Part shown: piece by piece, positions 1-11,796 of the stretch
How positions within the stretch are numbered: the first letter of the stretch is position 1
Layout: the number at the start of each line of letters is the position of its first letter
Assembly (NCBI RefSeq): GCF_964213995.1
Contig: NC_135824.1
Coordinates: 52,638,001-52,702,000 of the forward strand
Source of the DNA: Mustelus asterias
Lineage: Eukaryota
Length of the DNA stretch: 64,000 bases
Reading direction: 5' to 3'
Made by a program: the position numbers and the translations under genes
The notes under the pieces: generated by a model
The model's database searches: none
What the model saw: only the letters and a program-made list of their open reading frames with translations
Told to the model about the DNA's origin: nothing

Positions 1-1881
1 CTCCGAACATGCATTCAACAGCGGGACCTCCAGAACAGAGACCAGTGCGTTTTTGGGACTCTCTGCGCCCTCCCCGACAACCCACAAGAGGCCCGACCAC
101 AGGACACTTTGAATTCAAACATGGACATTTGCGGCTATTACGGACTTGTTGAGGCTCCCGCAGTCTCATTGTATGTATGTTTTGCACCGCTTCCAACGCG
201 GGCCCCCACGACCACAAGGCCCGAAATCTTACCCTGTCCCTTGCAAAGCAGGGGACCGGAGGGAGGACTGGTGTTGTGGAACGAGGGGGAAATTGTGTAC
301 GACAACGTAAAACATGAGGTGGTACCTGTCCTGATCGACATTTCAGGAATCCAGGTACCCAGGCATTGCTCAGAACAGGTACAGAACTTGTATCAGATGT
401 TAGAGAGAGAGACCATAAAACGGGCCATTGACGCAATGGGGGCCACACACTACAGGGGAAACATAAACACCAACACGTACCGAAGCAAACGGGGTATTAT
501 CAATGATATGCTCACAGGGCTGAATACAGGAGACACAATGATTAACTCCATTGACATCCAGGGCCTCAACAGTAAAATTGAACAGCTGAAAGGGGTAATG
601 AAAAACATATTACAGCGGTCATTAGACCAGCAGGCGGAACAAGCATTCTTAGGGGAAGCGGGCGCCCATATCCAACTAGATGGGATTGCAGTGTTAGAAG
701 CACATGCCCGAACTATCAATCGCCTCATAGACAGGGAAAGGGAAGACACTGCCCGGGTACAACAGGGACAGTTATGCCATGCATATGGTCAGTGGATGGT
801 GGCACAAATACGACACAATTTGGACCAGGTACACAGGGGGGAAGTGCCCGATTGGATCGACAGCGCCCAACTAGCGCAACTCGCAGATCAGAAGGGGGTG
901 CTGGATGACCGGACCCTGAAGGGGATGACACGAGTATATCCAGTAATCCCCGACTGCGAGGTTAGTGAGGGCACCGGGATAGGAATGGTTCTGCTAATTC
1001 CAACGGTCACACAGGACGCTGGACCATTCCCCATCTTCCGAATTGAAAATATTGGTGTTGTTAGGGGCAATGCTTCCCTCCGCTACCACATAACCGAAAA
1101 CATGGCCATCTCCAAACATGGCATAATGTCCAGTGTTTCTCTCGCAGGGTGCAAGCAGAGGGGAGAGGTCACCATCTGTCCTCACCCACTGAGACAAGGA
1201 GAGGCAGCAGAATGTGGGTTTAACCGAACACAGGACTGCACCTTAGAGATTATACCCGTAGACCCACATTTCGCCCGGGCAGGATACGGGGGGCGGGGTA
1301 GATACTGTGTAGCCACCACACGTACATCATTCACATATAACGGATTAACATGCCCAATCCCCAACCCTAACTTCTGTTTTACCCCTCGCAAGCCAGTCAC
1401 TATAGGTCAAGCTCACATCACCAATATTCGAAATAGGCAGACCATAGCCTTTAATGCCACAGACCCCCTAAAAGACAACCTAAGAGACTACCAAGAACCC
1501 GAGCAAGCCCCCATCCCACACCTGACCGAAGTCCTAAGGGAGCTCCGACTTAAAGTAGGACACTCCGTCCGATTATACCACCGGTTACAGTCACACATCA
1601 AAACCTTGGAACAAGATACCGAGACGGCGTTACGAAGTCAAACATGGGTACAGAAGGTGTGGGACTGGGGTCTAAATGTAAACATCCACCCCTGGGTCCG
1701 AATTACATCGCACACACTGGTGGTCATCCAACTCATCTTAGCCCTTTCCTGGGGATTGGCTACATGTTATACCTACCGCCAGCGGAAGAGAATGAAAGCA
1801 CATAAGAACTTAGTTAGAACAATTGGTATGATGGGGCAGGTAGCCAAGCGGGATGATTACTCCCGCCTACACATGATTTGA
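1..1881 (+). CDS. env: Endogenous retrovirus envelope glycoprotein (class I fusion protein, lokiretrovirus/paramyxovirus-F-like); 5' end outside the window
   Basis: Frame is open from base 1 to TGA at 1879-1881. Furin site RSKR (481-492), then a fusion-peptide/heptad region, a Cys cluster Cx8Cx11Cx7C (1150-1239), a C-terminal TM (LVVIQLILALSWGLATCY), a basic stop-transfer RQRKR and a YSRL motif. PPT and LTR follow. Confidence 0.85.
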   Translation, partial: LRTCIQQRDLQNRDQCVFGTLCALPDNPQEARPQDTLNSNMDICGYYGLVEAPAVSLYVCFAPLPTRAPTTTRPEILPCPLQSRGPEGGLVLWNEGEIVYDNVKHEVVPVLIDISGIQVPRHCSEQVQNLYQMLERETIKRAIDAMGATHYRGNINTNTYRSKRGIINDMLTGLNTGDTMINSIDIQGLNSKIEQLKGVMKNILQRSLDQQAEQAFLGEAGAHIQLDGIAVLEAHARTINRLIDREREDTARVQQGQLCHAYGQWMVAQIRHNLDQVHRGEVPDWIDSAQLAQLADQKGVLDDRTLKGMTRVYPVIPDCEVSEGTGIGMVLLIPTVTQDAGPFPIFRIENIGVVRGNASLRYHITENMAISKHGIMSSVSLAGCKQRGEVTICPHPLRQGEAAECGFNRTQDCTLEIIPVDPHFARAGYGGRGRYCVATTRTSFTYNGLTCPIPNPNFCFTPRKPVTIGQAHITNIRNRQTIAFNATDPLKDNLRDYQEPEQAPIPHLTEVLRELRLKVGHSVRLYHRLQSHIKTLEQDTETALRSQTWVQKVWDWGLNVNIHPWVRITSHTLVVIQLILALSWGLATCYTYRQRKRMKAHKNLVRTIGMMGQVAKRDDYSRLHMI

Positions 1882-2020
1882 CAAACTCCGGGACTCCCCT
1901 AAACTGTACGACTGCAGCGTACGGAGGCAGGAAGCACCGGACACAAAATATAATAAAGGGGAGAAAGATCGGTTAGAAAAGTGAAAAGGAAATAAACAAC
2001 AAAAATTCACTTTTGACCGA

Positions 2021-2637
2021 CAGGGGGGACTGTAGGCGGGCATAAATTTTGTGGGTATTAGGATTAGAATATTTCTTAAACTATAACTCGATAAATGAAG
2101 CAAAACAGGACAGCATTCAGCCAGAAAGGTGTGAGTAAGGCAAACAGACATCTTTTAAACACAGAAACCAGGTTGACAAAGACTCAGGAACTCGCATCAA
2201 TATGCTATTCAGAAAATATCTTGAGACCTGGAAAACTTCCTGACATCCCATCAAACACCCATTGTCCAAAGGAATTCAGAGACATAAAGCAATTATCACA
2301 CTCTTAAACCAAACTTTACATATTAAAACTCTAGACCAGAAAACCCATTAACGGGATAACTATAAAAGAAAACCATTTACACATCAAACTCCACACCCAC
2401 AAACCTATTGAAACAGGATGATTATATCAGGAAACCACTCACAAACCATTTACATATCAAAACAGATCGTTACTATAACTATACTCCGTTTTGGCAGGCA
2501 GGCAGAGTACTTTGCGGGACTGTCTTGTCTGTGTCCTGATTGTACCTCCGTCGACGTAAAAAACTATAATAAACTGTGCTGTTATCGATCTTGGCTCTGG
2601 GTGCGAGTGGTGTGGTATCTGTTCACTCGCGCTAACA
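2021..2637 (+). mobile_element. Polypurine tract and 3' LTR of the ERV
   Basis: CAGGGGGGAC (2021-2030) is directly followed by TGTAG at 2031. AATAAA at 2568-2573, end CTAACA at 2637, then an unrelated CR1 remnant. Confidence 0.75.
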
Positions 2638-2994
2638 GTAACGCATTCCAGATCCTAAGCTCTCGCCACTTACGATGGGTTGTCCTCATATCATCCTTCG
2701 TATTTTTGCCATTCACCTTAAATCGGTGCCTTCTGGTTCTCGACTCTGCCGCCAATGGGACCAGTCTCTCCCTGACTGCTCCCTCCAGACACCTCATGAT
2801 TTTTAACACCAAGTATCATTTCAAGCTCACCTTCTCTAAGGAGCACAGTTCAGTTTCCCCAATGAATCCATATAACTGACGTCCTATATTTCCAGACTCT
2901 TTTTCGCAAATCTTTCACGCAACATTGCCTTTCATAGCTGAAGACGGGAATGGGTTAATTAACTTTGTAATACTTAGTGATTTGTAACAGGCAT

Positions 2995-3618
2995 TGTAGA
3001 ACTTGTTTTCATGTCTGTAGAACTTGTTTTCGTGTATCCAAGAACAGTTAAGAGAAGCAGCTGTCCTTGCTGCTGTACACAAGCTCATGATTTTTCCAGC
3101 TAATTGTGTTCAGGAATGTGGCTAACCCAGCTAGAATCCATTTTGTGTTCTTTTATATAATGTACCTTTGTTGAACAAGGTGGAGCTTACATGTATGCCT
3201 TCTGTGATAGTATAATAACAGATTCATATATATTATTTATATACTATTCATCCTTACCGATATAAATTGTTATATGGGCCCCTGTATTTCAGTTAACTTG
3301 TTTATGCAAACTTATATTCTTGTATGCTGGATAAACAAGCCACAGGTGTCCACATAGAGGCGACAAAACAGACAGCCTTGAGATGGCCACGATTACACGG
3401 ACTACATGAAGGACAGAATCGCTGAGGCAGCAATAATCGTGAGAAAATGCGGACGTGACCATGGGCGAAAATATATGTATAAATATTTGTTCTGAACCTG
3501 TATTCGGCGAGAAGTCTGGAGACCGCGTTAGGGATCGGACTTCTCCCACAAGCTTGTGAAAATAAACTACTGTACTTTGACTCACGACTAGTCTTAGAGG
3601 TATTATTTACCTACAACA
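2995..3618 (+). mobile_element. Possible solo LTR
   Basis: TGT...ACAACA ends and AATAAA at 3561, about 55 nt before the end. The 5' boundary is uncertain and no TSD was found. Confidence 0.35.
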
Positions 3619-4222
3619 ATATCCCTCCAAAGAAGTGCCGTCCTGAGTTGGACGCAGGACTCCAATTGAGACAGAAGTGATGTTTTGTTGTGGTTTAACA
3701 TGCTCTCCATGCTCTTGCACTCTACCTCTATTTGCAGAGCCCACGATTCCTTATGCCTTGTCAACTAGTTTTTCAAGCAGCCCTGACATGGTACACGGTT
3801 TTTTGTACAGATACCTCAGGTCACTCTACTCTTTATAATTTAGCATCCTTTATTTCGATTGCCTTGCCTTGCTCTTCCAACAAAATGCATCGATTCACAT
3901 CCCTTCTGATATGAAGAGCATCGGTAGATTAACCAGCAGTAAAATGTTTTCAACCGAATCCAGATGCCAGGGATTCGAAAACAAAATCATGATATCATCA
4001 AAACTGGTGGATTCAATCGTGAAGGCGCAATATTCCAAGATGATACAGTCCATCTAACATCTGTCTGTCTATCTCCGTGCTGCAAAACCATTTAATTATC
4101 TATTGAAGGCCAGAATATGAAAGGTGTTGATACAAGACACACAAACATGAAGAAAAAAATGTTGATCTCTGAGACAGAAAAAGGACGAACAGTACAAGCG
4201 AGCTCCAGAAATGACATCAGTT

Positions 4223-4261
4223 GCTTCTTGTCGCGGCACATAAAGGGTTTGAAGCACTGTG
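4223..4261 (-). other. 23-RSS of V segment 1
   Basis: Minus strand: CACAGTG (4261-4255), 23-nt spacer, ACAAGAAGC (4231-4223). Confidence 0.9.
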
Positions 4262-4567
4262 CTCCATCAGTTGCAGCGCAGTAATAAGTCGCTGTGTCAC
4301 CGGGGTCTACAGACAGAATTTTCAGAATGCACCTTTTCAGATCGACTCTAATCACCTCAAATCGCATCTCCAACCCTGCCTCGAAAGTCGGTTTGCTTCC
4401 AGATACGTCTATTACCACAAGCTGGAGGCCCTGCCCGGAGTACTGGCGGTACCAGAGCATCCTGATATAATCGGTGTCCTCCTGTTGACAGGTCAATGTT
4501 GCGTTGGTCCCTCGCCCCGCAGTTACTTTCCTGGGAATCTGAGACACTGAAGCACATCGACATTGAT
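4262..4567 (-). CDS. TRBV: TCR beta V exon, segment 1 (apparently functional, inverted relative to D-J-C)
   Basis: Acceptor ttcag, then QCRCASVSQIPRKVTAGRGTNATLTC...WYRQYSGQGLQL...DTATYYCAATDG. Canonical Ig V Cys/Trp/Cys, followed by a 23-RSS. Confidence 0.92.
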
Positions 4568-5012
4568 CTGAAGTGAGAAACCAGATACAGGATTCGGTTA
4601 ACGCAGCGACATCAGGGAAGCGTTTGGATAACAAGCACTCCCGTATATCTTAGTATGTTTTCTAATTATTAAGAGATTAAGGATCGTACAGGACACGAAG
4701 GGAACAATTGGCCCAAATGTGTTTGTGACAGTTCTTTGAAAGTACGATCCAATCAACCTAAATCTTCGATCGTTCTCGAGTAAATTTAGATTTAATCTTA
4801 ATGTATTAGTATTTAATTTCAGAAACTGGAAGAGGTGTCACCTCGTAGAATACGCGTTGGTTCCGTGAACAAACAACGGAATAAAATAACGAACGCCGTT
4901 CCAGATATGGAAGAAAATAAATGAGTTAGATTATATGTGTAGATGATTGTTTTAACTTGATAAGGAAATTAAATTTAAATACAACGGGAACAACGATTTG
5001 TTGTTAACTTAC

Positions 5013-5058
5013 ACGGCATGAGCAATACAGAGGCAAAGAGCAGGAGATTCAAGTCCAT
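5013..5058 (-). CDS. TRBV: Leader exon of V segment 1
   Basis: MDLNLLLFASVLLMP plus 1 nt, then GTAAGT. Phase 1, in frame with the V exon. Confidence 0.85.
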
Positions 5059-5162
5059 CGTCTCGGGGATAGAAGCTAAAGTCTAGCAGAGGAGCAGTGG
5101 AAGCAAAATATAGAGCCTATTATTGAAGCGATTCGGGTAAGGTGTAATATGCGAGCTTGAAA

Positions 5163-5172
5163 TGACGTCACG
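5163..5172 (-). promoter_or_regulatory. CRE / V-beta decamer-like promoter element
   Basis: CGTGACGTCA about 105 nt upstream of the leader ATG; the V-beta decamer consensus is AGTGAYRTCA. Confidence 0.65.
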
Positions 5173-5246
5173 GATATTACAGATCCCTCTATCTGAAAGC
5201 TACGAACGGAAGCAAATCATTCGGCTATGAATATCTGCTATGAATC

Positions 5247-5532
5247 GGCGGCACGGTGGCACAGTGGTTAGTACTGCTACCTCACAGCGCCAGGGGCCCG
5301 GGTTCGATTCCCGGCTTGGGCCACTGTTTGTGGAGTTTGCACGTTCTCCCCGTGTCTGCGGGGGTTTCCTCCCACAGTCCAAAGATGTGCAGGTTAGTTG
5401 AATTGGCTATGCTGAATTCTCCCTCAGTGTACCCGAACAGGCACCGGAGTGTGGCGACTGGGGGAATTTCACAGTAACTTCATTGCAGTGTGAATGGAAG
5501 CGTGCTTGTGACTAATAAATAAACTTTACTTC
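5247..5532 (+). mobile_element. tRNA-derived SINE
   Basis: Box A (TGGCACAGTGG) and box B (GGTTCGATTCC), the shared SINE body and an A-rich tail. Confidence 0.8.
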
Positions 5533-8277
5533 AAAGAGATTGATACAAAGGTTCTGAATTCTACCAGCTTCCGGTCCACGGTGGTCGAATAGTGAAGTGT
5601 TTCTTTTGCAGATCCGAAATGAAAGCAAAATACTGCATGCTGCAAATCTAAAAAAAAAACTTCGGTCTTTAAAGAGGATTCACATTATGCTCGAAACCTT
5701 AACTCTGCTTCTCTCTCCACGGGTGCTGGCTTCCCGAATTGTTTCTCCGAGAGCCCCGGAATGGAAGGAAGTTGCGAAGCAAAATTCCGCTCAAACTCAG
5801 AGCCATATTCACAACCGGATCCTACACAAATCTGTGGATAGTTGCGCCCTCAAATTTCCGAGGAGCGGCGATCACCACCGGATCGGCACTCCTCTCCTTT
5901 GGATCTATTGAGCACATTTATCTTCGAACACTGGCCACCTCAAAGCGATAAGCTTAAAGGTCCCTGTGTTTAAACGTTTCTTTGACAAGTCAGGGAGAAG
6001 GTAAATGTACGTACGCTGGATCGTGGACTGGGGTGGGCGGCACATCAGGATGGGTCGGTGGTGAGTCTGAGGTTGTGGGGGCGGGAGGTCAGTGAGACGG
6101 TGGGGTGTCCTCAAGTGATCGGCGGACAGGCACTCGTGAAGCTGGGGGGAGGGGGGGGTAGTCGAGCGGATGGGGGTATTTTTGGGGAGGGGAGGTGGGT
6201 GGTGGAGGTTCAAGTATCCAGGAGCTGAAAGTAGTTTTAGTCCCTGCAGGTCTTCCTAGGCAACCATTCTGCTGAGAAGCTCAGCGCAATCTCAAGTCTC
6301 CGGTTTATATCAGAGCATTAGATGATTCCAGGTGCAGGGTAATTGTCCATCGGGAATTCAAAGTTTCCGGGCATTTTCCATGCAGTCGATTCCGGGGGAG
6401 GTGGCGTCAGAGGACTAGAAAATTGCAAACTCTGCCCATGGAGTGGTGAGAATATGCAATCCATTACCTCAGAATGTTGGCTGTGCCGAATAGTATCCAT
6501 GGCGGAGAGCTTATTAAGGGTATGAGGGAGAAAGGATTAGAGGTGTCCTTGATAGGGTGAGAGAAAGCGAAATGGGAACGGGGTGATGTGAGAATAATAA
6601 ATAGATCTTTGAAAACGTCGGCCCCGGATCAATGAGGGAATTGACTTTGATCTGTGGTCTATGATTCTATGATGCTTTACGTCACGATAAATTGCTTTCC
6701 TGCTTCAACCAGAATTTCCCATCTGGGAACCGAGATTTGAAGGGTTAAATTCCTCACAGTGCTGGACACCTAGGTGTTTTGAAGGTTGTTCAAAGGACAC
6801 AGAGTGTCTGATAGAAAAGTGGTTTAACGGTTTTCAACAAATGTTTAAACGGTCTTCGGGAGCCAGGTGTGCAGTGAGATTGGTATCTGAATAGTTGTCG
6901 CCATTTTGGGCTCTGAATTACACTTGGCATGTTTAATGGTTCCAAGGTTAAGGATTCCCTGTTTGGGTGGATTTGTTCCTCTTAGAGCAGTGAAAATAAG
7001 GGGAAATTTGAAAGAGATTTTGGAAATCGTTGGGCGTTTTGATAACGTAGATAATGAGAAACAATGCAAGGACTTAATATCATTTGAAAGGATGGCAGTT
7101 AAACAGAGACCATTGCTTCATGTTGAATGGCAAAATAACCAGATTGGGAACATAGGAATGTATGAGCAGGAGTAGGCCATTCGGCCCCTCGAGCCCTCTT
7201 CCCCATCAACCTGTTCATGGTTGTTCTACTTTAACGCCATTTCCTTCCCAAATCTCTTGATCAGTAGATCAATAGGGGATCAGTAGCAAATCAGTGAGAG
7301 ATCAGTTGAACCTTTTATCGTAACGAAATATACCCTGTGGATTGGCAATGCCTGAAAGGCAGTGGAAGCAAATTCCATAGAAAATGTTAAAATGTAATTG
7401 GAGAAATATCCGAAGCAGAATATTTGGAACACGTCAGGAGAATATGCATTGATCAGATTCCTTAAATAAAATGCTGGCATTATGGACGGAATGCCCTTCC
7501 CTCGAGTTGCATCAGTTTCTGATTTCTCTCGTCACGACCGCAATAGCGTGAATACCTCGTGGCAAACCCCCATTTTTTTATTCATTCGTGGGACATGGGC
7601 GTCACTGGCTCGGCCAACATTTATTGCCCAACCCTCGTTGCCTGATGGCAGCTCAGAGCCAACCATATTGCTGTGGCTTGGAAGCCACATGTAGGCCATA
7701 CAAGGTAAGGATTATAGATTTCCCTCCCTAAAGGGCATTAGTAAAGAAGATGGGGTTTTTCCGACAATCGTTTCATGGTCAATATATTCTTAGTTCCAGA
7801 TGTTTTAAACTTAAATTCAGATTCCACCATCTAACGTGGTGCGAATCGAACCCGGGCCCACAGAGCATCAGCGGAGTTTTTGGATTAAGAATCTAGCGAT
7901 AGTAACATTAGGCCATCGCCTCCCCCTATTGGGCCGGCAAGCTTGGAAAATATCCAATGGCATAGTCGCGAGCTATGTGTAATGGCTTGTTCTTTATCTC
8001 CGCCCCTTCTTTCAGTAATAGAACTAACCAAGTTACCCCACCTCGAAAAGGGTTCGTAAAATGCAGAGACTGGCTTATCGGAAATTCCTGAATGGAATGC
8101 TAAAAAAAACCATGTATATTTTAATGTGAAGTAAAAGAGATGGTGATTCAATGTTAGTAAAATAAATCAAAAATCAGGATTATATTACATGTTTAAATAT
8201 TGAAACCTGATGAATGCAGTTAGTTAGGTAAATAAAGATGTTGAAAGTTCAGCAATTTATGACAGTTGGATACATCG

Positions 8278-8476
8278 NNNNNNNNNNNNNNNNNNNNNNN
8301 NNNNNNNNNNNNNNNNNNNNNNNNNNNNNNNNNNNNNNNNNNNNNNNNNNNNNNNNNNNNNNNNNNNNNNNNNNNNNNNNNNNNNNNNNNNNNNNNNNNN
8401 NNNNNNNNNNNNNNNNNNNNNNNNNNNNNNNNNNNNNNNNNNNNNNNNNNNNNNNNNNNNNNNNNNNNNNNNNNNN
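8278..8476. other. Assembly gap or masked run of N
   Basis: Run of n. Confidence 1.
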
Positions 8477-8498
8477 TTAGTTTTTCGGATCCACTTGG

Positions 8499-8537
8499 GG
8501 TTTTTGTCCAACTCATGCATCTTTATGATCCACTGTG
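8499..8537 (-). other. 23-RSS of V segment 2 (perfect consensus)
   Basis: CACAGTG, 23-nt spacer, ACAAAAACC on the minus strand. Confidence 0.95.
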
Positions 8538-8833
8538 TAAACTCCAGGCGCAGTAATACATGGCTGAGTGATTGGCCCGCAGGCTTGAAGACTCCAGGTA
8601 AAAGTGAGTGTCGTCCGGTTTTCTGGCGGTGAAACCGTCCACCTCCCCTTTGGGAGTGATCGCTGTGCCATAGGAGTAGAAAAGATTCTGAGGCGCACGG
8701 TCAGGATGCCATCGATACCAACTGAAAGAGGAGGTAGACATAGCTTTTACGCAAAGACATTCGATGCTGACTGCAGTGCCCGGAGAGCTGGATATGTAAG
8801 CTGGAGTTTGTTGGACCAGCACGGCCGCCACAT
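8538..8833 (-). CDS. TRBV: TCR beta V exon, segment 2 (CAWS family, inverted)
   Basis: Acceptor ttttacag, then DVAAVLVQQTP...SIEC...WYRWHP...NHSAMYYCAWSL, followed by a perfect RSS. Confidence 0.92.
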
Positions 8834-9352
8834 CTGTAAAACAGCGAGAAAAGATAGAGATATTAACCTTGACACCCCTTGAGGGGATACAAGAACAGAG
8901 AGCGAAAGAGGGCGGAGGCAAGAATGAGAGCGGGAGAGTAAGGCAGTAATATAGAGATAGAGAAAGACAGAAAAGCAGGCAAAGAGTTCGAGGCGAGAAT
9001 GAGAAGGAGGGGCAGGAACAGAGGGAGAACCAGGAACAATCGACAGGGCATGAAGGGATTGAAAGAAAGAGGGAAAAAGAGAGGAAACACACAGAGTCAC
9101 TGAGAGACAAGTGGACGAAGGTCGGGTCAAACTAGAGAAATACATAAGCAAAGAATTCTAAAGAAAGAAACAGAGTGGCAGGGAGAGAAAAACAGAGTGA
9201 CGAACAGAGACTACGGCAACAAAGAGAGACAGAGGGAACCTACACCTTCAAGCGATGTGACGAATCTCAGAACTGAGGTTAACCCCTAATTGCGACACGC
9301 AGCGCAAAAACAGTGAACCTCACTGACAACTCAGAGGCCAGTTCCACCTTAC

Positions 9353-9395
9353 CCGGTAACAGCAGCAACAGAACCCAGAGCCGAGAGCTGTACAT
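9353..9395 (-). CDS. TRBV: Leader exon of V segment 2
   Basis: MYSSRLWVLLLLLP plus G, then GTAAG. Confidence 0.88.
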
Positions 9396-10190
9396 CTTTG
9401 AAGGGTGTTTAACTGCAGGATTTCTCAAATTCTGGACAGTGAGAATCTCTCCTCCTCCAAGTTGTTCAACGTATAAGTGCAAGCGACTACCTTATACTGG
9501 GTTGACACACCCATGTCATTTCCGGGGTGGAGCTCATGCGAACCGGCACATTTACTTTTCGTCCTTCGCTAGCAGAGTCTAAAGTTAGTTTAAACCGGCG
9601 CCACCAGTGGTGGATTTAGTCTAAATCCGTCAATCAATTGTATCCATTTCTCTGTCTATCCCTGCTTTAACTCTCCGCAAACAGTGCTGCTTGTCACTCA
9701 AACATAGCATAGTAGAAATGTTGCTGGTCTATTAGTACAGAAGACGAGGCTAATTGATCCATGGACATCAGTTTCACACCATATCCTGGCAGCAATTGAA
9801 TCAAATCTGCAATAAAGACCCTGTTTTCAGTATTAGTGTGCATGACGCTACTGGATTTCCGTAAAAGCCTGTCTGCTTTACTCATATCCATTAGAGAAGC
9901 AAAGCTGCCATCCTTACTCGGTCTGGCCTCTGCATGATCCGCCACAGGCAAATGTGGTTGACTGACTGCCCCCTGACATGGTTTAGTAACCCAATCCGTT
10001 GGCCAGAAAATAACAGCACCAATTTCTCAAGGAGCGTTAAAGGACATAGTTGCTCGTGACGCCAGCTCTCCGTGAATGAGTGAAATAAAAATGTTTCCCT
10101 TCTTGCACTGCCCGTTTTTCTTTCTACCCTGAGTCACATTCTCTACTTCTTCGGTTTTGTTGCCTTGCCCCAACTTCTTTTGTCATTCTT

Positions 10191-10470
10191 CAATCGCCAG
10201 GCACAGTAAAACACCATCCAGTGCCTCCCCTGCAAGCTGGGCCGTGGCAGGTGGAAGGTCGAGCCATCGGATCTCGAGGCGCAGAAATGTTGCAATTCTC
10301 CCAAAAGGTCGATCCTGTCGCTGCTGTCAGAATGGAAAAGGAGCAAAAACTCTCGGTTTGAGAGCTGCCGATACCAAACGAATCTCCCCGAATATTTCTG
10401 CTCTTTTGGGGAAATCGAAGCTTTTCAGATGTTCCACAATCCGATACCAATCGCATGTACGTCATCCTAG
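10191..10470 (-). pseudogene. TRBV: TRBV pseudogene (CAW family)
   Basis: Reads *KASISPKEQKYSGRFVWYRQ...LLFHS...FCASRSDGSTFHL...VFYCAWRL. In-frame TGA at 10427-10425 and first Cys lost. Heptamer decayed (AAGAATG); nonamer ACAAAACCG still at 23-nt spacing (10160-10152). Confidence 0.8.
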
Positions 10471-11455
10471 AACATGAATATATTTAGTCATTGAGAGTGC
10501 CCACTTCCTCACAGAAGGGACGACAGAGAAGCGTGAGTCATCTTCTGAAGAGGAGAAATGGAGGGGAGGTTTACTTCAGGTTTCCAGTGATGAGTAGGTT
10601 CAACCATTTGGAGAGTCTGGAGAATCTCTTGGGGGAGGGAGGGTGCTGTTGGGAGAGGCTAACGTTCAATTCGGGAAAGGTTCAGCATCCGTCGATCAGA
10701 GTATAAGGTGCACAGGAAAATCCTCTTTCCATTTCTACACATTAGAACGAATCTAATGAAGTTATTTACAAAATCGTTGCTCACTTGAATTCTTGTAGAA
10801 CGTGAGGAATGTATGTCAGTCGCGGATAATCGAAACGCTTTGTCGCTTGAGATGCAGAGATTGCAAAATGTTCATTCTTAAATCCGGGTTAAATTTATTT
10901 GGTGGTGTGTCAGATGCTGCTTTCTTAATTTCCTTTTTTTTTCTCTGTGACCATTTCTCTTTTTGTCCCTTCCACTCTCTTATTTATCCGCCACTTTCTG
11001 CATTTCTTCATCACTTCTTTTATCCTGCTTTCGAAAGAATACTGTAATTATGTTCCAAATGTTGAGACACGAGGGACAATGGACGAGCAGTCAGATTGCA
11101 GTCGGGCAGGGTATACATCATTGCATTTTGTTGGACGTTTATAATGAATATTTTAAAAGTCCAATGCCCTGGTAGCCTTGAACTCAATGTGGTGGGAGTA
11201 CAAATAGTATCATGGAATCATAAAATCTGATAACGTAGAGGGAGGCCAGTCGGCCGATGTTGTCTGCACCGGCATCCGAAAGAGCTACTCAGCTACTCCC
11301 ATTCTCCAGCCCTTTCTCTCTATCCCACTAAATTCATCACTTTCAAATATGTATCCAGCTCTCTTTTGAAAGCGCCAAAAGAATTCGCTTCCACCACTCT
11401 CAGCAGACTCCAAATCCCAACAACTCTGAGTGCAGAAAATTCTCCTCATCTCACT

Positions 11456-11796
11456 CATAGAAATCATAGAAACCCTACAGTGCAGAAGGAGGCCATTCGG
11501 CCCATCGAGTCTGCACCGATCACAATCCCACCCAGGCCTTACCCCCACATATTTTACCTGCTAATCCCTCTAACCTACGCATCTCTGGACTCTAAGGGGC
11601 AATTTTTAACCTGGCCAATCAACATAACCCGCACATCTTTGGACTGTGGGAGGAAACCGGAGCACCCGGAGGAAACCCACGCAGACACGAGGAGAATGTG
11701 CAAACTCCACACAGACAGTGACCCGAGCCGGGAATCGAACCTGGGACCCTGGAGCTGTGAAGCAGCAGTGCTAACCACTGTGCTACCGGGCCGCCC
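11456..11796 (-). mobile_element. tRNA-derived SINE (HE1-like) inserted in a CR1 remnant
   Basis: Pol III boxes, CR1-type 3' tail with (TTCTATGA) repeats; flanks are antisense CR1 sequence. Confidence 0.8.
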
